A DNA stretch of 64,000 nt from Octopus vulgaris (GCA_951406725.2 OX597814.1:82336001-82400000), one strand, 5' to 3'; shown: positions 1 through 13,776, counted from the stretch's first letter. Made by a program: numbers and translations. Notes: generated by a model not told the origin, from the sequence alone.

Positions 1-645
1 AAACCTTGGACGAGGTGGTGAAGTACGACCTTCGAACTTTAGGCCTCACCGAGACCGAGACCTTTGGAAGTATGCTGTGCGTGGGAAGACCCGGCAGGAC
101 AAGTGAGACCATAACCCGTGGCCTCTACCAGGGACGTAGCCAGCCCACTTATGCATACCTTTCCTTCTTGTGACACAAACCCTACTTCTGAAGACCTGTT
201 GAGGCAAGTGAAAATCAAAATCAAAATCGAAATCGATCAACATCAATGGAAATTGTAGCTGTGATACCAGTGCCGGTGGCACGTAAGAGAACCATCCGAA
301 CATGGCCGTTGCCAGCGCCGCCCCGACTGGCCTCCATGCTGGTGGCACGTAAAAAGCACCATCCGATTGTGGCCGTTGCCAGCCTCGTCTGGCCCCCTGC
401 TGGTGGCACGTAAAAAGCACCATCCAATCGTGGCCATTTGCCAGCCTCCTCTGGCACCTGTGCAGGTGGCATGTAAAAAGCACCCACTACACTCACAGAG
501 TGGTTGGTGTTAGGAAGGGCATCCAGCTGTAGAAACACTGCCAGATCAGACTGGGCCTGGCGCAGCCTTCTGGCTTCCCAGACCCCAGTTGAACCGTCCA
601 ACCCATGCTAGCATGGAAAACGGACGTTAAACAATGATGATGATG
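1..645 (+). mobile_element. 3' end of RTE-clade LINE with tandemly repeated 3' UTR and (TGA)n tail
   Basis: 1-155 matches the end of the RT-bearing copy at 36850-37020. It has about four 60-65 bp GTGGCACGTAAAAAGCACC repeats and ends GGACGTTAAAC(AAT/GAT)n. Confidence 0.8.
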
Positions 646-1019
646 AACCAGGTGTTTTGCGATACCCTTAAAGCCAGGAAGTTTTCAGCACCCCCTCATA
701 TATACAGTCCACACTCTATGCAAATCCTTCTCAATTCAGTAGCACAACTCACACAATACATACACTATGCAATCATCAACCAATGAAATAACACACCTCA
801 GATTGCACATATTCTACACACACACACACAAACAAACAGATGCAACACTAAAGTAACACCCAGAACAATAAAACAAACCTCACAACAAATCAAAGTAAAT
901 GTAGCATATAAATATAATTCTACACCCATCCCCAAAGAAACAATACTATACTACCTCAAGAACACAGAAGAAGACTAAGTGTTGTAATATGAAACTTTTG
1001 AAACACAATACTAATAATA

Positions 1020-1235
1020 AGTGGTCTCCACTATAGGTACAAGGCCTGTAATTTTATGGGAGGGGGTAATTTGATTACATCCACCCCAGTGTTCAACTGG
1101 TATTTGTTATATCAACCCCGAAAGGATGAAAGCCAAAGTCAACTATGGCAGAATTTGAACTCAAAATATAAAGACAGACAAAATACTACTAAGCATTTAG
1201 TTCAACATGCTAACAATTCTGTCAGCTTGCTACTA
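1020..1235 (-). mobile_element. SINE with Deu/Nin-like central domain (family B)
   Basis: The reverse complement contains GAGTTCAAATTC (B-box-like) and CTTTCATCCTTTCGGGGTTGATA, as in the copies at 15988-16830. Confidence 0.7.
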
Positions 1236-1274
1236 TGATGATGATGATGATGTTGTTGTTGTTGTTTTTGTGGC

Positions 1275-1830
1275 AAGAACGATCCATTGGGAGCTCTGCG
1301 GAAATCACAGCCTACAAAGCAAAGACATGGTATGAGAAAACCCCAGAATAAGAATTGCAAAATCCTGTGTGCTGCAATCACCTGACCAGACATCGGAAAC
1401 CAGACATTGTTGTGGTGAATAAAAAAGGAAGAACTCGCTAGATAATCAACTTAGTCATGTCCCAGTGACAACAGGATCAAAGAGAAAGAAGAAAAAATAA
1501 ACTATGATGATTTGAAGTGGGAAATACAAAGATTGTGGTCAATGAGGAGAGTAAACGTGGTACCAATAGTAATTGGCAGACTTGGAAGTATTGGTACTCA
1601 ACTACCAACATGGCTCAAAAAGACTGATACAAGTGTGAAGATAGAACGCCTAAAAAAATCTGTATTGCTTGTAACTGCAAGAATTCTTCGCAGGTATCTT
1701 AAAGCATGACCAGTAAACTAGTGTCACCTTAGTCTGCTGGCTGTGGACAGCTGACACTTTCCATCATACCCAGCAAAATAAGCTGTGAGTTTTCATTATG
1801 TAATAATGATAATAATAATAATAATAATAA
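1275..1830 (+). mobile_element. 3' fragment of an R4/Dong-like non-LTR retrotransposon (restriction-like endonuclease domain)
   Basis: Decayed frames read ..RKPDIVVVNKK.. and ..KINYDDLKWEIQRLWSMRRVNVVPIVIG.LG..KSVLLVTARILRRYL*, typical of the REL C-terminus. Followed by a (TAA)n tail. Confidence 0.75.
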
Positions 1831-3374
1831 TGAATTCAAATTTTGGCATTAAGCATTTTGCCTCAGGTACAAATGATTATGCCAGCTCCATCTTAATAAT
1901 AATGATAAAAATAATAATAATAACAATAATAATAATTTTCAACTAGCAATAACCATATTTCAGATTTACTTCATTGGTCATGGTACATATGAAGAGTCTA
2001 TATTGTGGCTCTGCTTAATTAATAAATTGTGCAGAATATGTGCGGTGTGAAGTTGTGTGATAGTGGTGATGGCATTGGAAGTGGCAATGATGATGAAGGA
2101 GAGGAATCTATGGTTTCATATTTATCACAAAAGAACTTAAAGATTAACTGATATCCAATAAATGTGTAGTAGTTATTTTAACAACTACTATCAAGATGCA
2201 AAATAATGTTGATTTTTTTCAAGAGATTTGAATGCGCAGAACAGGGGAGCAGAGTTAAATATTGTATGACATTTAGTCCTGCACTCTACTGTTTCTGGCA
2301 CTCTGCCTTGAGTTCATGATTCAGAATTATTGATTTTTCACTCAACATATAGAAGAGAATCGCCATACATTTTTGCTAACTTTCCCATGAGACAGTGAGA
2401 TGATACACAGTAAATTTATTCTTCATTTTACACCTTATAATGGGTATTTAACTGTCCAATTCTGCAAAATAGATTGTTTATGTCTTCATCTGATGCCATC
2501 ACCCATCTAGGTCACCTGTGTTGAATTGTTCATTATTGTATGCTCGGCAAATATTGCCAAGGTGTTCCCTCATAGTGACAATGTGTGTGTGTGTGTGTGT
2601 GTGTCTGTCTGTCTGTGTTGTAAGTATCAAAACAAACATATTTGCATCAATTATAGTTATGCTCAATAAAACAAACATGAAAAAGAAATGCAATAATTTT
2701 AAATCCTTTCTTTTTTTCATTCTTTCTTCTCTCTCTCTGGTATTGCTAATAGAATTTGAAATTATGCAAGCTCATCAAAATATTTTTTTATAATCTCTCA
2801 GAGAAAAATTTTGTTTTCCTGACTTTCAGCAAACATATTTTTTTGCTTTTTCTTTCTCTTTTATTAAATATAGTCAGATTACTTGAATATCTCAAGTTGA
2901 GACCAATTAACTTGTGAGACATGTAAAAATAAAGCTACTGTTTTCTGATACTAGCCACCAGCTTTCATACAGACATCACTCATTTGAGGATGTATCTTAA
3001 GCAGTCATAGCAACTTAGCATTTCTTATCAATTGCTTCTACAAATAATTTGATAGGTTCACCCATTTTCATGTTTGCATAAAAGTTTAGCTGTTCTATTG
3101 ATCAAACTTTCTTCCCTCTGAGAAGCTAGCTTTTGGACCATTGCCACCTTTCAACATTTCTCCTTGTCTTTTAAAGTGTTTTTCTTCATCGTCATTATAA
3201 TACATCCATTATATATTATCTTAGGCCTTTTATTTAAGCCTTCCATCACAGTAGCCATCTAAATAATATCATAACTGTAAAATTGTGTTTATCTCTGAAT
3301 GCCCTCTCTTCAACTGCCTAGTTCAGGTCCCACATTAAACTGTTAGTCTCATTAAATAGTAAAGGGTAAAGACC

Positions 3375-3700
3375 CCCTTTGTTCATGAATGACCATAGGA
3401 TTGCACCTAGAGAGTTCCCCTCTGAGGCACAAGTCCGGGCAAGGCTGTTTTGTAGAAGACTAACAGTCACCCATGCATACCAGTCCCCCATCTCCACGCC
3501 ACCAATGTTATCCAAGGGAAAGCAAAGGCCAATACAGCTTGGAACCAGTGACACCGCAACTCATTTCTACAGCTAAGTGAACTGGAACAACATGAAATAA
3601 AATGTCTTGCTCAAGAACACAACACACATCCTAATCTGGGAATCAAACCCACAACCTCACAATTGTAAGCCTGATGCTCTAACCACTGAGTCATGCAGTT
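3375..3700 (-). mobile_element. tRNA-derived SINE (family C, CORE-like)
   Basis: The reverse complement starts with A/B boxes (TGACTCAGTGG...GGGTTTGATTCC), then TTCTTGAGCAAGACATTT..TTCCAGTTCACTTAGCTG. Related heads are at 10968-11265 and 62040-62575. Confidence 0.7.
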
Positions 3701-4068
3701 TCATTAAATAGTATGGCTATGTGATCATTGGGTTGAAATACACGAAGTGTAATGCATAGCAAGAAAAATACCCCTTCATAACTGAACAACTAAACATAAT
3801 TTTAATAAAGAACCAAAAATCCATCAAACAAACAAATGGGTTGAAATATATGATATATCAAATACACCAAAGTTACAAAGCAACAACCACAGGAATGGTA
3901 TAGTATTTATGCTACCAACTACAGAAAGATGACAATCTCTATGAAGAAATCTGAGTATAAAGGGAGATAACTAAGTATCAAAGGGATTTTTTACTGTACT
4001 CTACCAAGTTAGCCCTTAATAATGACACTTAATGAAAATTTAACAATGCATTTAACAATTTAACAAAC

Positions 4069-4188
4069 CTTGGCAAGAGTAATAGCCATTTCAAAAGTTC
4101 CAACTGTATCCATATTTGATGCCATAACAGGGACTCCATTGTAAGTTTGACCACTATTTCGGAAGATAAACTCTCTCGTGAGATCAAC
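4069..4188 (-). CDS. GMPR: GMP reductase, second coding exon ([40 protein letters not shown])
   Basis: 120-bp phase 0/0 exon between a ttgaag acceptor and a GTTTGT donor. Contains the GMPR motif [11 protein letters not shown] and continues exon 1 in frame. Later exons were not found and must lie beyond position 1. Confidence 0.96.
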
Positions 4189-4456
4189 CTTCAAGATAAA
4201 AGCACAGGAAAAAATTATTAGTTGAGAAAAATGTATAAACATAAAAAAGACATATAACAAAACAGTAAAGAAAAAAACGAAAATAAAATTTTAAAATGTA
4301 TTCAGGCAAATTTCAAGAATAAAATATACCTACATTTGTAAATATCAAGTAATTAGAATACTATGGCAACTAAATCATCTTTAATATCAAGAATATATAC
4401 CAGTAAATATATACCTATATATACCTGTAAATACTATGTAATTAGAATACTCATCT

Positions 4457-4675
4457 TTAACTCTTTCCCATTCAGATTTCTTTGTCAAATGTAATGCTTA
4501 TTTATTCACATTGTCTTGAATTAATCATGCATTAGCTTGTAGCTTCAAAATTTCAATGGTGTATTTGTATATTTTTAGAATGACATTGTAGAGTAGGTGT
4601 GAAAGGTTGGATCTGCTCAGTTTTAACATAAGACAGATAGAATATTTGGACCAGATAAGGCAGGATTAAATGCTC
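4457..4675. mobile_element. piggyBac-type MITE, degenerate copy
   Basis: Aligns along its length to the TTAA-bounded copy at 59613-59818. Confidence 0.7.
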
Positions 4676-5019
4676 AGTTGCTGTTGTTGAAATAGCACTA
4701 ATCAGTCCTGCTGATAGATTTGTTCAAAACTTATGGTTCACCTTGTCATTACCCCAGGTTTGTTGCTTTTGTACATTTGTCTACAAGAAGATAAATGTAT
4801 GAACACACAAAAGCAAGAAATTTGGAGTAACAATAAAGTCATCAGATTCCACTTAAAAGAGAAACTACTATATGTGTAGATAACTCTTTCTCCTATTTGC
4901 ACATCCAAACATGTGTATGTATATATGAGCACAAGTATGTGGTTCTGGGTTCAATCCTACTACACAGCACCTTAAGCAGTGTCATTAACCATAAACTCAG
5001 GTTGATTAATAGCTTGAGT

Positions 5020-5772
5020 TTTAACATTCTAGCTCACTTCTGATCATTACAGCAGTGCATGGAAGGAACATATGTAGCATATGATCATTGCATTGATCAT
5101 GACAGAGAAAGTTGTCACAACGATACCTGCTAAGAGGCCTACACAAAGTTGCAGAAAGTGTATGGAGAGGAGTGTATGAGCCACACACAAACGTTTCCAA
5201 GATGGCTGCAAAAATGTTGATAGTGACGAACATTCAAGGACACCCACAACCAGCAGAACTGGGGAAACTGTCACAGATGTGTGAGCAGCTGTGAGAACTC
5301 ATCAAATCACCATCTGTGAGTTAGAGGATGTGCAGATTAGTTATGGTTCAGTTCAGTCCATTACCCTTGAAGATTTGGGTATAAGACACAAGTCTGCCAT
5401 GTTTGTGCCAAAACTGCTTTCAACAGACCAAAAAGACACTTGGGTTTCATTTGCACAAGTTCTCCCTGATTGTGTCAAGAACGATGAAAACTTTTTGAAA
5501 ACTTTGCATAGGCCTCTGAGCAGGTATCGCCAAGCTTTTGGTTAAATTTAATGCAGATTCTCTGCTCAACTTTCTGTCATGGTCAATGTGATGATCACAT
5601 GCTACACACCTTCCTTCCAAGTACTGCTGTAAACAGTGGAAGCAAGCTAGAATGTTAAAACTTAATGCACATGCACAACAGAGTTCAAGGTCAATCTGTG
5701 CCAAGCGGCTTCACTCTGCATGCTTTAGCTTTGTTACTATAGCAGCAGTCCGGATACTTATTGATCAGACCG
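5020..5772 (+). mobile_element. Mariner-like transposon remnant
   Basis: The peptide ..EDLGIRHKSAMFVPKLLSTDQK..CVKNDENFLK resembles the mariner WVPHEL region. A TIR-like end GTCCGGATACTTATTGATCAGACCG is present. Confidence 0.65.
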
Positions 5773-7059
5773 TGTGTGTGTGTGTGTGTGTGCGTGCATG
5801 CATGCATGCATTCGTCAGTAAGAGGATGTTTAATAAATTGGTGCATTGAACAAAAATACCTTGCGATAATTAGTCTATAGGTGCACTCAGTCATTCAATA
5901 AATACAGTACTAGAGAGCTGGACAAAGTGTTCAGGTTGTTAAATCTTATTAAACATTTAGAACTAATAAATGAATAATGAATACATATGAGAAAGAAAGA
6001 GAAGGTTTATTTTCTTGCCAGTTACTGCTATAATTTACAATAACAGGTTCCAAATACAAAAGTATGGAACCTGTGTGCTATTGTATAGGTCCATTGCGTG
6101 AACACTCACCAAACACTTAGAGGTAAGGTATGCTCAGATGTTATGGGTTGTTCTAAATACTTTGTGCGGAAAGTATAAAGCCAAAGACTGTATGACATTC
6201 TTGCATTCACTGATGCCACTTGAGAGTTATGCATGTGTTTTGCAGAGTTCAGCAAGGGCTCATTAGTGATATACTCCTAAGGATAACAGGACATGAATAT
6301 ATACAAGTCAACCTTCAAAGAAAAAAAAAGAAAACCTTTATCACACAGTTCTGTACAGATATGGGATATTACCCTACTGTCCTCTTAAATGTTACTCAGG
6401 ATCTTGACAGGTGACATAATAAAGTCAGGTAAATGCAAACTAGTTCAATCGAATGAAAATGAATACAAAACAGAATAGATTCAGTAAGGTACACTTAAAA
6501 AATAATTGTAAATATAATAGTAGAACATTAGTGGAAATAGGAAGAGTAAATAAAAAGACTTGTCAAAATACAAAAGAGATAAAGTGAAACCTTCTTTTTC
6601 GGTTAAACTGTGAAGATAATTTTAATGACAGCAGGAGTGTCCATCAGTGAGTGCATTTCTCTATTTCCTAATCTCAGTTGTCGCCAACAAATAAAAGAAA
6701 CGTTTATTTACAAGAGTCTGAAATAGTTTCATTGACATGGTTTACATGTTTGCCAATATTTACTAGAGAGAGATGTTACTTTTATTTATTTATTGTTTTG
6801 TGAAGTAACTATTTTAAAAGTAAAACATCTTTCTTACAACTAACTGTTCAAGCATAAAGTTGGAATAGGTCTGTCTTATTTTATATATTTTTTTTATGAA
6901 CAATGGAATCTATTGAGAGTTAAGCATATGACAATATGGACAATAATAATTCAAAGCCATTATAAATTTATAATTAATAAAATTTCTTGCAAAAGTACAA
7001 GAAAGAAGACTGCACTGGTATGGCTGTATGCTGCATGTAAATGAGGACAAAGTAGTGTT

Positions 7060-7215
7060 AATTACTTATGTGGATAGAGTTTGCTGAAGAGGGAGACCCA
7101 GGAAGACATGGGATGATGTGGCGAAGGCTGATCTCAAGACCTTGAATCTCACAGAGACAACAAGGGACTGGGATGACTGTAATGTGTGCTTCTCAAGAAG
7201 GCCTGTCCACCTCAG
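7060..7215 (+). mobile_element. RTE LINE 3' fragment
   Basis: GRPRKTWD-encoding sequence homologous to 36830-36960. Confidence 0.6.
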
Positions 7216-9339
7216 TAAAACTAAGTTCTGAAAGTGCTCTATGTATGTGTGTGTGTGTGTATCCACAACTAGGCCGTTTACCCAAATTCCTTCCCAAAAC
7301 ATTCCCACCACCCTCCATCTCTCTAAATGCAGTGTTCCCTAGATACCTTTAATCCTTCTCACTACCAGGAATTACTTCACATGATTTCCAGCCCTCATCC
7401 TTAATACTGTCCTCTCCAGCTACACTATACATTGCTCACCCCACCACCCACCAAATCATCTTACCTCTTTTCTGCCACCATATCTCTCACTCTCCCCATG
7501 TACAATGCTTGCCTTTCTCTCACTTGCTGCACTCTTGCAACTTATCCAACCACTCATCATGTGTCTCCCTCTCTCTCTCATCTTTCTCCTGTGTACATGA
7601 TCATCACGCTACTCTTCACCTCCATACATCATTGGTCACCTCACCCCAACCCCAACCCAACCCTTTCTCCATCCTTCACTACATCCACTTCTCAAACCTA
7701 TTCAAACTCTATAGTGGTTATCTACTCTTGCTTACCTTCCCCACTTATCATCCACTCAACACTTGTTCATCATTCATTATTTCCCACCACCACCACCACC
7801 ACTGTTCCTGTACTACCCACCCACACACTCCTTGTTCATCTGTCCACTTTGTACTTTTCTGATCAACATAAATGCCTTATCACTGAAATTTTTTTATCTC
7901 TTCCCTGCCCCACCTCAATCACCCTTCCAACCCTTCTAAAACATAAGTAGCCAAGAAAGCTGTTCTGCTCTAGTCCCTTCTCTCATATTTTAACCCCTTA
8001 TTTTCCAGCATAATGCCACTCTCAGTGTTTGCGGTCTCTTACAAGCTGTTTGGTGACCTCACAAGTTCTGGTGGCACAATAATAGCACCTAGTAAATGCT
8101 GTAAAGCAGCTGACATTAGGAAGGGCATCCAGCCATAGAAGCTATGACAAAGTAGACAATGGATCAGATGCAATCCTTGAGCCCATTTGATCCTGCCAAA
8201 CTGTCTAACCCATACCAATATGGAGCAAGGACACTAAATGATGATGATAATTGTCATATTATCAAAGATTATGTCTTTGGATTTGATGTGCTATATTTCT
8301 AACTATAATGTTTGTTGTCCATTTTTCACTCAAATATTAACAATAATACATTTTTCACTAAGTAGCACACATATGAAGTGAAGTCAACAAAAATTAACAA
8401 TTTCAGTCACATACTTTATGTTTTCTTTAGTAGTTATTAACTACCAGGCAAACAATTCTATTACAACCTATTTACACTAGTAAATATGAGTATGTAAGAG
8501 AAAGGCTTTAAACAAAGTGAACACAAAATATTTTGTTCCCAGTCTAGTTCATTCAGAAGTGTTAGAACCTTTGGACAAGAAAAACAACCTGCAGACAATT
8601 AATTGCAATTTTATTATATTTCATCAGAGTTTCTAAGATAAACTCTATGGAAAAATATAATAGCAAAGCAACTTACTTCAACTTAAACAACTATCCCCAG
8701 TTTAAATTAGAGCTACTCTAGAAAGAACAAAACAAAATACAAGATATTTTGTGCTAATGGAAAAAAAAAAAAAAAAACCCAGATTTTTGGGCGTTTTGTA
8801 GAACACTTTATGTCAAACAATTTTATATTTATTTTTCAACAGATGTCATGTTTGTCATATGATTGAGCTGGGATTGTACAACAAATGCAGGCCAGTTTAA
8901 GTGATATTTCAATTCATTTTTAATAATGAGAGTCATACTGAGCTTACAATTTGGGATCTCATTTAGTACTATATACATTATCTCTTTTATTTTCATGGTT
9001 CTTTTGTCTCTAGTGGAATATTTATCTGTAGTTTTTATTCAATAATGGAAACTTTATGCTAAAGTGACATTATTTCCATAGTTACACATACCGAGCTACA
9101 CATTCAGACAACCACACAAATTTTTCACGCAGCAAAATTACAGCATATTAAAAGTACCAGGCCTGTGAAATGCTTCCATATGTAACTGCTTCCAAGTTAT
9201 GGATTTTCTTCAGAGATCCAACTCAGCAGAACTGTAATCAATAACTGCCTTTTCATGATGAATAATTTTATTTGATGTTCTAAATTGGTATAATTACACT
9301 GTATAACATGATTTTTGTCCTTGGGTAGCAATTGTGATT

Positions 9340-9552
9340 TCCTATTTGCATGCCCCTAATGGATAATACTTCCTTCAAACATTACTTTTCTTACATTTAT
9401 TCAAACCCCAACACATAGCTATGATGCCCCCTCACTACTCCTGCTCATAATCAGAGATACATATATTGTCAGCCACTAAAGGACATGCTCAAGTGGTTAA
9501 GGTCAAGCAACTGATAAGCAAATCTCTGGTACTGAGCAGAATATTTGCTACA
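9340..9552. mobile_element. Fragment of a non-autonomous DNA element, same family as 49300-49625
   Basis: About 190 bp is the reverse complement of 49425-49617. Confidence 0.65.
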
Positions 9553-10224
9553 ATGATATTTCTGCTTGTTGTTAAACTATGTACTGAAAGTGCGTGCGTG
9601 CGTGCATGCGTGCGTGCTACTATTTCTTTATCTTGTCATTGCATGACAGTTGTAAAGGAGTGTCACCATCATGCAAATATTGTCCTTCATTTCCAATCTT
9701 CTATGAGAAAAAATGTCTGGTTATGGGGAAATATTATTCTTACTGGGAAAAAGGTAAGGGTTGGAGATAGAAAGGGCATCCAGCCATAGAAAATCTACCT
9801 CAACAAGACTAGATTTCCTCTTTGAAGCCTGAAAAAACTCTCAACAACAGGAGTCAATGAACCAGGGTAAAGTACTCCAAGTGGGGTAAAAATGAAATTC
9901 TTGGGGATAATAAGGACTCGTTAGACATAAGTAAAATTACATAACAAATGTTTTCCTTGTTATGACAGAAATTTTTCTTCTAGCAACACTGCATCAGTTC
10001 ATTGTAATGGATGTGTAAATAGAATCATATAAATAGATTCAATAAAGCTTTTGAATTCAAAGAATCTATGATTTTCTTCCTTTTAAATCAAGGAGGTAAC
10101 GTCAGCATAAATAAATATATTTTGAGGTAATTGGTTAAAAATGTTCCCTAACCCCTACTCTACAAGAATCAAAATTTACATTGGGGTACCACTCATCCAG
10201 AATAATACTACAGGCACACACATA

Positions 10225-10280
10225 CAAATATCCCAGACTGGATTTGGTAGGCAGAAATTGAAAGAAGCCTGTCACGTGCA

Positions 10281-10342
<62 letters not shown>

Positions 10343-10590
10343 TGTGTGTGTGCGCATGTCTTTGTGTCTGTGTTTGTCACCCACCACCACCACTACTGCT
10401 TGATAACTGGTGCTGGTTTGTTTACATCCCTGTAACTTAACAGTTTGGCAAAAGAAACTGATGGAATAAGTACCAGAGTTTTAGAAATAAGTACTGGGGT
10501 TAATCCATTTGACTAAAATTCCTCAAGGTGGTGCCCCTGCATGGCCACAGTCTAATAACTGAAACAAGTAATAAGAATAAAAATTAAAAA
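10225..10590 (+). mobile_element. tRNA-derived SINE family A (5'-truncated) with internal (GT)n
   Basis: Contains GGATTTGGTAG..AA.TGAAAGAAGCC, (GT)n and the tail GCATGGCCACAGTC..ACTGAAACAAGTAA shared with many copies. Confidence 0.75.
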
Positions 10591-10655
10591 GAAAAGCAAA
10601 GAAAAAGAATATCCTAACGACACAAAACCAAGATGATAAGCTGGATTAGTGTGTG

Positions 10656-10717
<62 letters not shown>

Positions 10718-10967
10718 TGTCTGTCTCTCAGTCTTTGCGTCTCTTTGTCTTGACATTGTATGTTAGTTGCAACTCAGTGTTACTGTCATACAAGTTGTGT
10801 CATTCATTTCCAATATTCTGTGAAATCATATCTGACCATGAAGCAGGTGAAGGCTGATAACAAGAAGGGTGTTCAACTGTAGAAGATCTGCTTCAAAGAA
10901 CTCCATCCACCCATGCAACCATGGAAAAGTAGACATTAAAATGACAATGATATATATATATATATAT

Positions 10968-11265
10968 ACTGACTGGCACTCCATCGGTTATGGCGATGAG
11001 TGTTCCAGTCAATCCAATCAACAGAATCTGCTCGTGAAATTAACGTGCATGTGACTGAGCACTCCACAGACACATGTACTCTTAACGTAGTTCTCAGGGT
11101 GACAAGGCTGGCCATTTGAAAAACAGGTACTACTCATTTTTGCCAGATGTGTGGACTGGAGCAACAAATAAAATGTCCTGCTCAAGGAGACAATGCATTG
11201 CTGGGAATTGCACTCACGACCTAACAATGGCGAGCCAAATACCCTAACCACTAAGCCAAATGCCT
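10968..11265 (-). mobile_element. tRNA-derived SINE (family C, CORE-like)
   Basis: The reverse complement reads TGGCTTAGTGGTTAGGG (A box), a degenerate B box, then TCCTTGAGCAGGACATTTT..GCTCCAGTCCAC. Confidence 0.7.
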
Positions 11266-11294
11266 TCATATGTGTGTGTGTGTGTGTGTGTGTG

Positions 11295-11530
11295 TGTCAA
11301 AACGCAGAGTAGATAAAACAGTGGGCAACTGATGAAGGGATTGTTCTTTATGTTGCCTGTCTTGTTTCTTTTGTTGTTCAAAGAAAGGTTCGTTTTCCAT
11401 GTTTTTGTTTTTTTTATGTTCTCGTTTTTCATTTTGTTCACATTTTTTGACATCCTGTATCTATATATGCATGTATATATACATATATATGTAGGTATGT
11501 ACATATATGTATGTATATATGCATGTATGT
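11295..11530 (+). repeat. Microsatellite-embedded interspersed repeat, also at 24660-24835
   Basis: Both copies begin near (C/G)TGATGA, are T-rich and share the tail TATATGCATGTATATATACAT..ATGTAGGTA.G.ACATATATGT. Confidence 0.5.
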
Positions 11531-11558
11531 ATGTATATATATATATAAATATATATAT

Positions 11559-11960
11559 ATCTTTATATATATAAAACTGAGAATGTGTGTCTGTCTGTCT
11601 GTCTGTGTGTTTCCCTAAAACTTGAGAACTATACAACCAATTTCATTCAAATTTTATACATGCCTTACTTAGGGTCCGGGGAGTGTCATGATATTGCCTA
11701 GGGCAAGCCCACAGCAATATCATATCTTCTCCACTATGATTTCCTAAAACTTGAAAACTACACAACCAATTTCATTCAAATTTTACACATGCCTTACTTA
11801 GGGTCCATGTAGTTTCATGGGCAAAAGAAAATGTTCAACTTCTTGCCTAGGGCGATCCCATAGCAATATTATATCTTCTCCACTATTTCAGTATTACGTG
11901 TTAAAAGTGAAACAAAAGCATTTCTCTATTTTATGTCAGATACTTTCACTTTAACAATAA
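11559..11960 (+). mobile_element. Non-autonomous Helitron-type element with internal ~130-145 bp tandem duplication
   Basis: Starts a|TC..TATATAAAA, then (TGTC)n, then CAACCAATTTCATTCAAATTTT. The unit at 11612-11740 is repeated at 11741-11885. The 3' end is unclear. Confidence 0.55.
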
Positions 11961-13776
11961 AAATTAGAGATAATAATAACAATTGAATTATATGTAGTAA
12001 GTAATAATTAAAATCAAACTAAGGTATAATATAATCGTAACATAACAAAAGTAAAAATAGCAATTGGTCTAAAATTGCATCAATGACTTGAACAAGTGGT
12101 TTCACATGAATGGGAATAAATTAAAAATAAAATTAGCGTGCAGAAATGGAATAGTCCAGATGGACTATTATATATAAAGGAGTATAGCTTCAACTGTGTA
12201 CTGCTTTTTGATTCACTGTTTAACTATTGTTATCACGTTTGTTGGTTCCTCGTAAGGGAAACGTTGTTGTGTTGCCTTTGTTAAATGATTGTAAACTGTA
12301 ACCCTCCCCCTTTGGGAGAAGGAGCTTTGGCTATTGTTTAAAAATTGAATTGTGTCTCTTTTTGGGGAAATTGACAATATTTTCATATATATATATGGAA
12401 ACTGAAAACTTCACTTATCATTACTCTGAGTTTCATATCTCCAACTGTTTGACAATCAGAAATATGAGACTCAGAGAAAAGGTTAGTGAAGTTTTCAGCT
12501 TCTAATAAATATGATAAAACATTACATATTGAATACTCCTTTTTCTTTTTTCGCTTGTTGTTCACATGTATACACACACACACATTGCTTAGATATGTTT
12601 ATATAATAGTGAAATCTAGACTTACTGTACTCCTTCACCCAAGCACATACAAACTCACCCACATGCATGTGTGCACACACACACACACTCACACAAATGC
12701 ACATGCATATACATGTACTTTAGAAGTGCTATATTGCATCAGCTGTACTCTGAACTTCACTTCTGACTCATCAGCCAGAAAGGTTATTATTATTGAACTC
12801 TGTTCATCGATTTCAAAGAAGAAGGACATGTGTCATGAGCTATAAGTTTTTGTGCAATTTTTACAGATAATATCGCTGTATCTGAAAATTTTTTACGACA
12901 TTTCTTTGGCCAGGCCAACTGGGCTTAGTAAGTCTTGCTGAGCTGAGCAGTTAGGCAGGACTTTGCCCCTTTTGGGGCAAATTTTCAATTTAAAATCTCC
13001 ATTTTTTTCATTTATCGATTTTAAAATTTGTGAAAATGTCCTTGGAGAAGAGTGTCAGCACGTCCTTTCTTTTTGACTTCTCTCTGCTGTCTGAAGACAG
13101 TCTAAAAAGTTTTAAAATTAATTATCACTGCCCACTCTGCACTTTAAAAGGCAGAGAGAGGGATGACCAAAGTCTTGCTAGCACATGCAACACTGACCAA
13201 CAGAAGGAAGAAGAAAAGAAACATGAGAAAGAGAAAAACAGCAAGGAAATTCAGCTAATGGACACTGCTAGCGTTGCAACACCTGTGAATCCAAACCCTT
13301 CCACTACCAACACTAACACTAACACTGAACACCCAATAACAACAACAACCCAATACATTAAACAGCCAAGGTTTTGCTTCAATAGCAAAACCAAGCAATG
13401 AATTTATAAATACCATCTGAAAAGGAAAGTGTGGGTTGAGAGAGAAGTGCTGACTTCTAGTAATTTTATTAAAAAGTGGGTGAATGTGGCGAAGATGTCA
13501 ACGGGCCTACTTTGAGCATGGGCTTTTGAGTTTCCAAAGCTGAGAGAGAAAGATGGGGAGAGGGCTCTTGCCCTAGTGGTCGGCGCACTTGTAGATTTTT
13601 CATGGAATCTCCATGAGTAGCCCTGAGTTGCTTGCCTCTTTTAGGCATTTTCTTTGTTATATTTTTCAAAGTTATCAACTTTTTACACAACACTTTATGT
13701 AACACCACTTTGTCCTTAATGTTTTGTAATACCCAGTCTTATTTTAGTCGGCCCTTATGGCTAATAAAGAAAGGAT

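Noticed and set aside
265-490. Repeat/spacer-like pattern resembling a CRISPR array
   Set aside because: It is part of a eukaryotic LINE 3' UTR found several times in the window. The linkers are related to each other and there are no cas genes.
1-4068. GMPR exon 3 (expected HKHY motif)
   Set aside because: No matching minus-strand peptide with splice sites was found. It is presumably outside the window.
7432-7950. 172-aa Pro/Thr/Ser/Leu-rich ORF
   Set aside because: Low-complexity C/T/A-rich sequence next to a LINE fragment, with no recognisable domain or splice structure.
11329-11345. CTGATGAAGGG as a hammerhead core
   Set aside because: No closing stem II or correctly placed GAAA follows.
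13030-13401. 123-aa ORF with charged and Thr/Asn-rich tracts
   Set aside because: Non-ATG start, low complexity, antisense within a GMPR intron. More likely the leader of a decayed retroelement, but it cannot be assigned.
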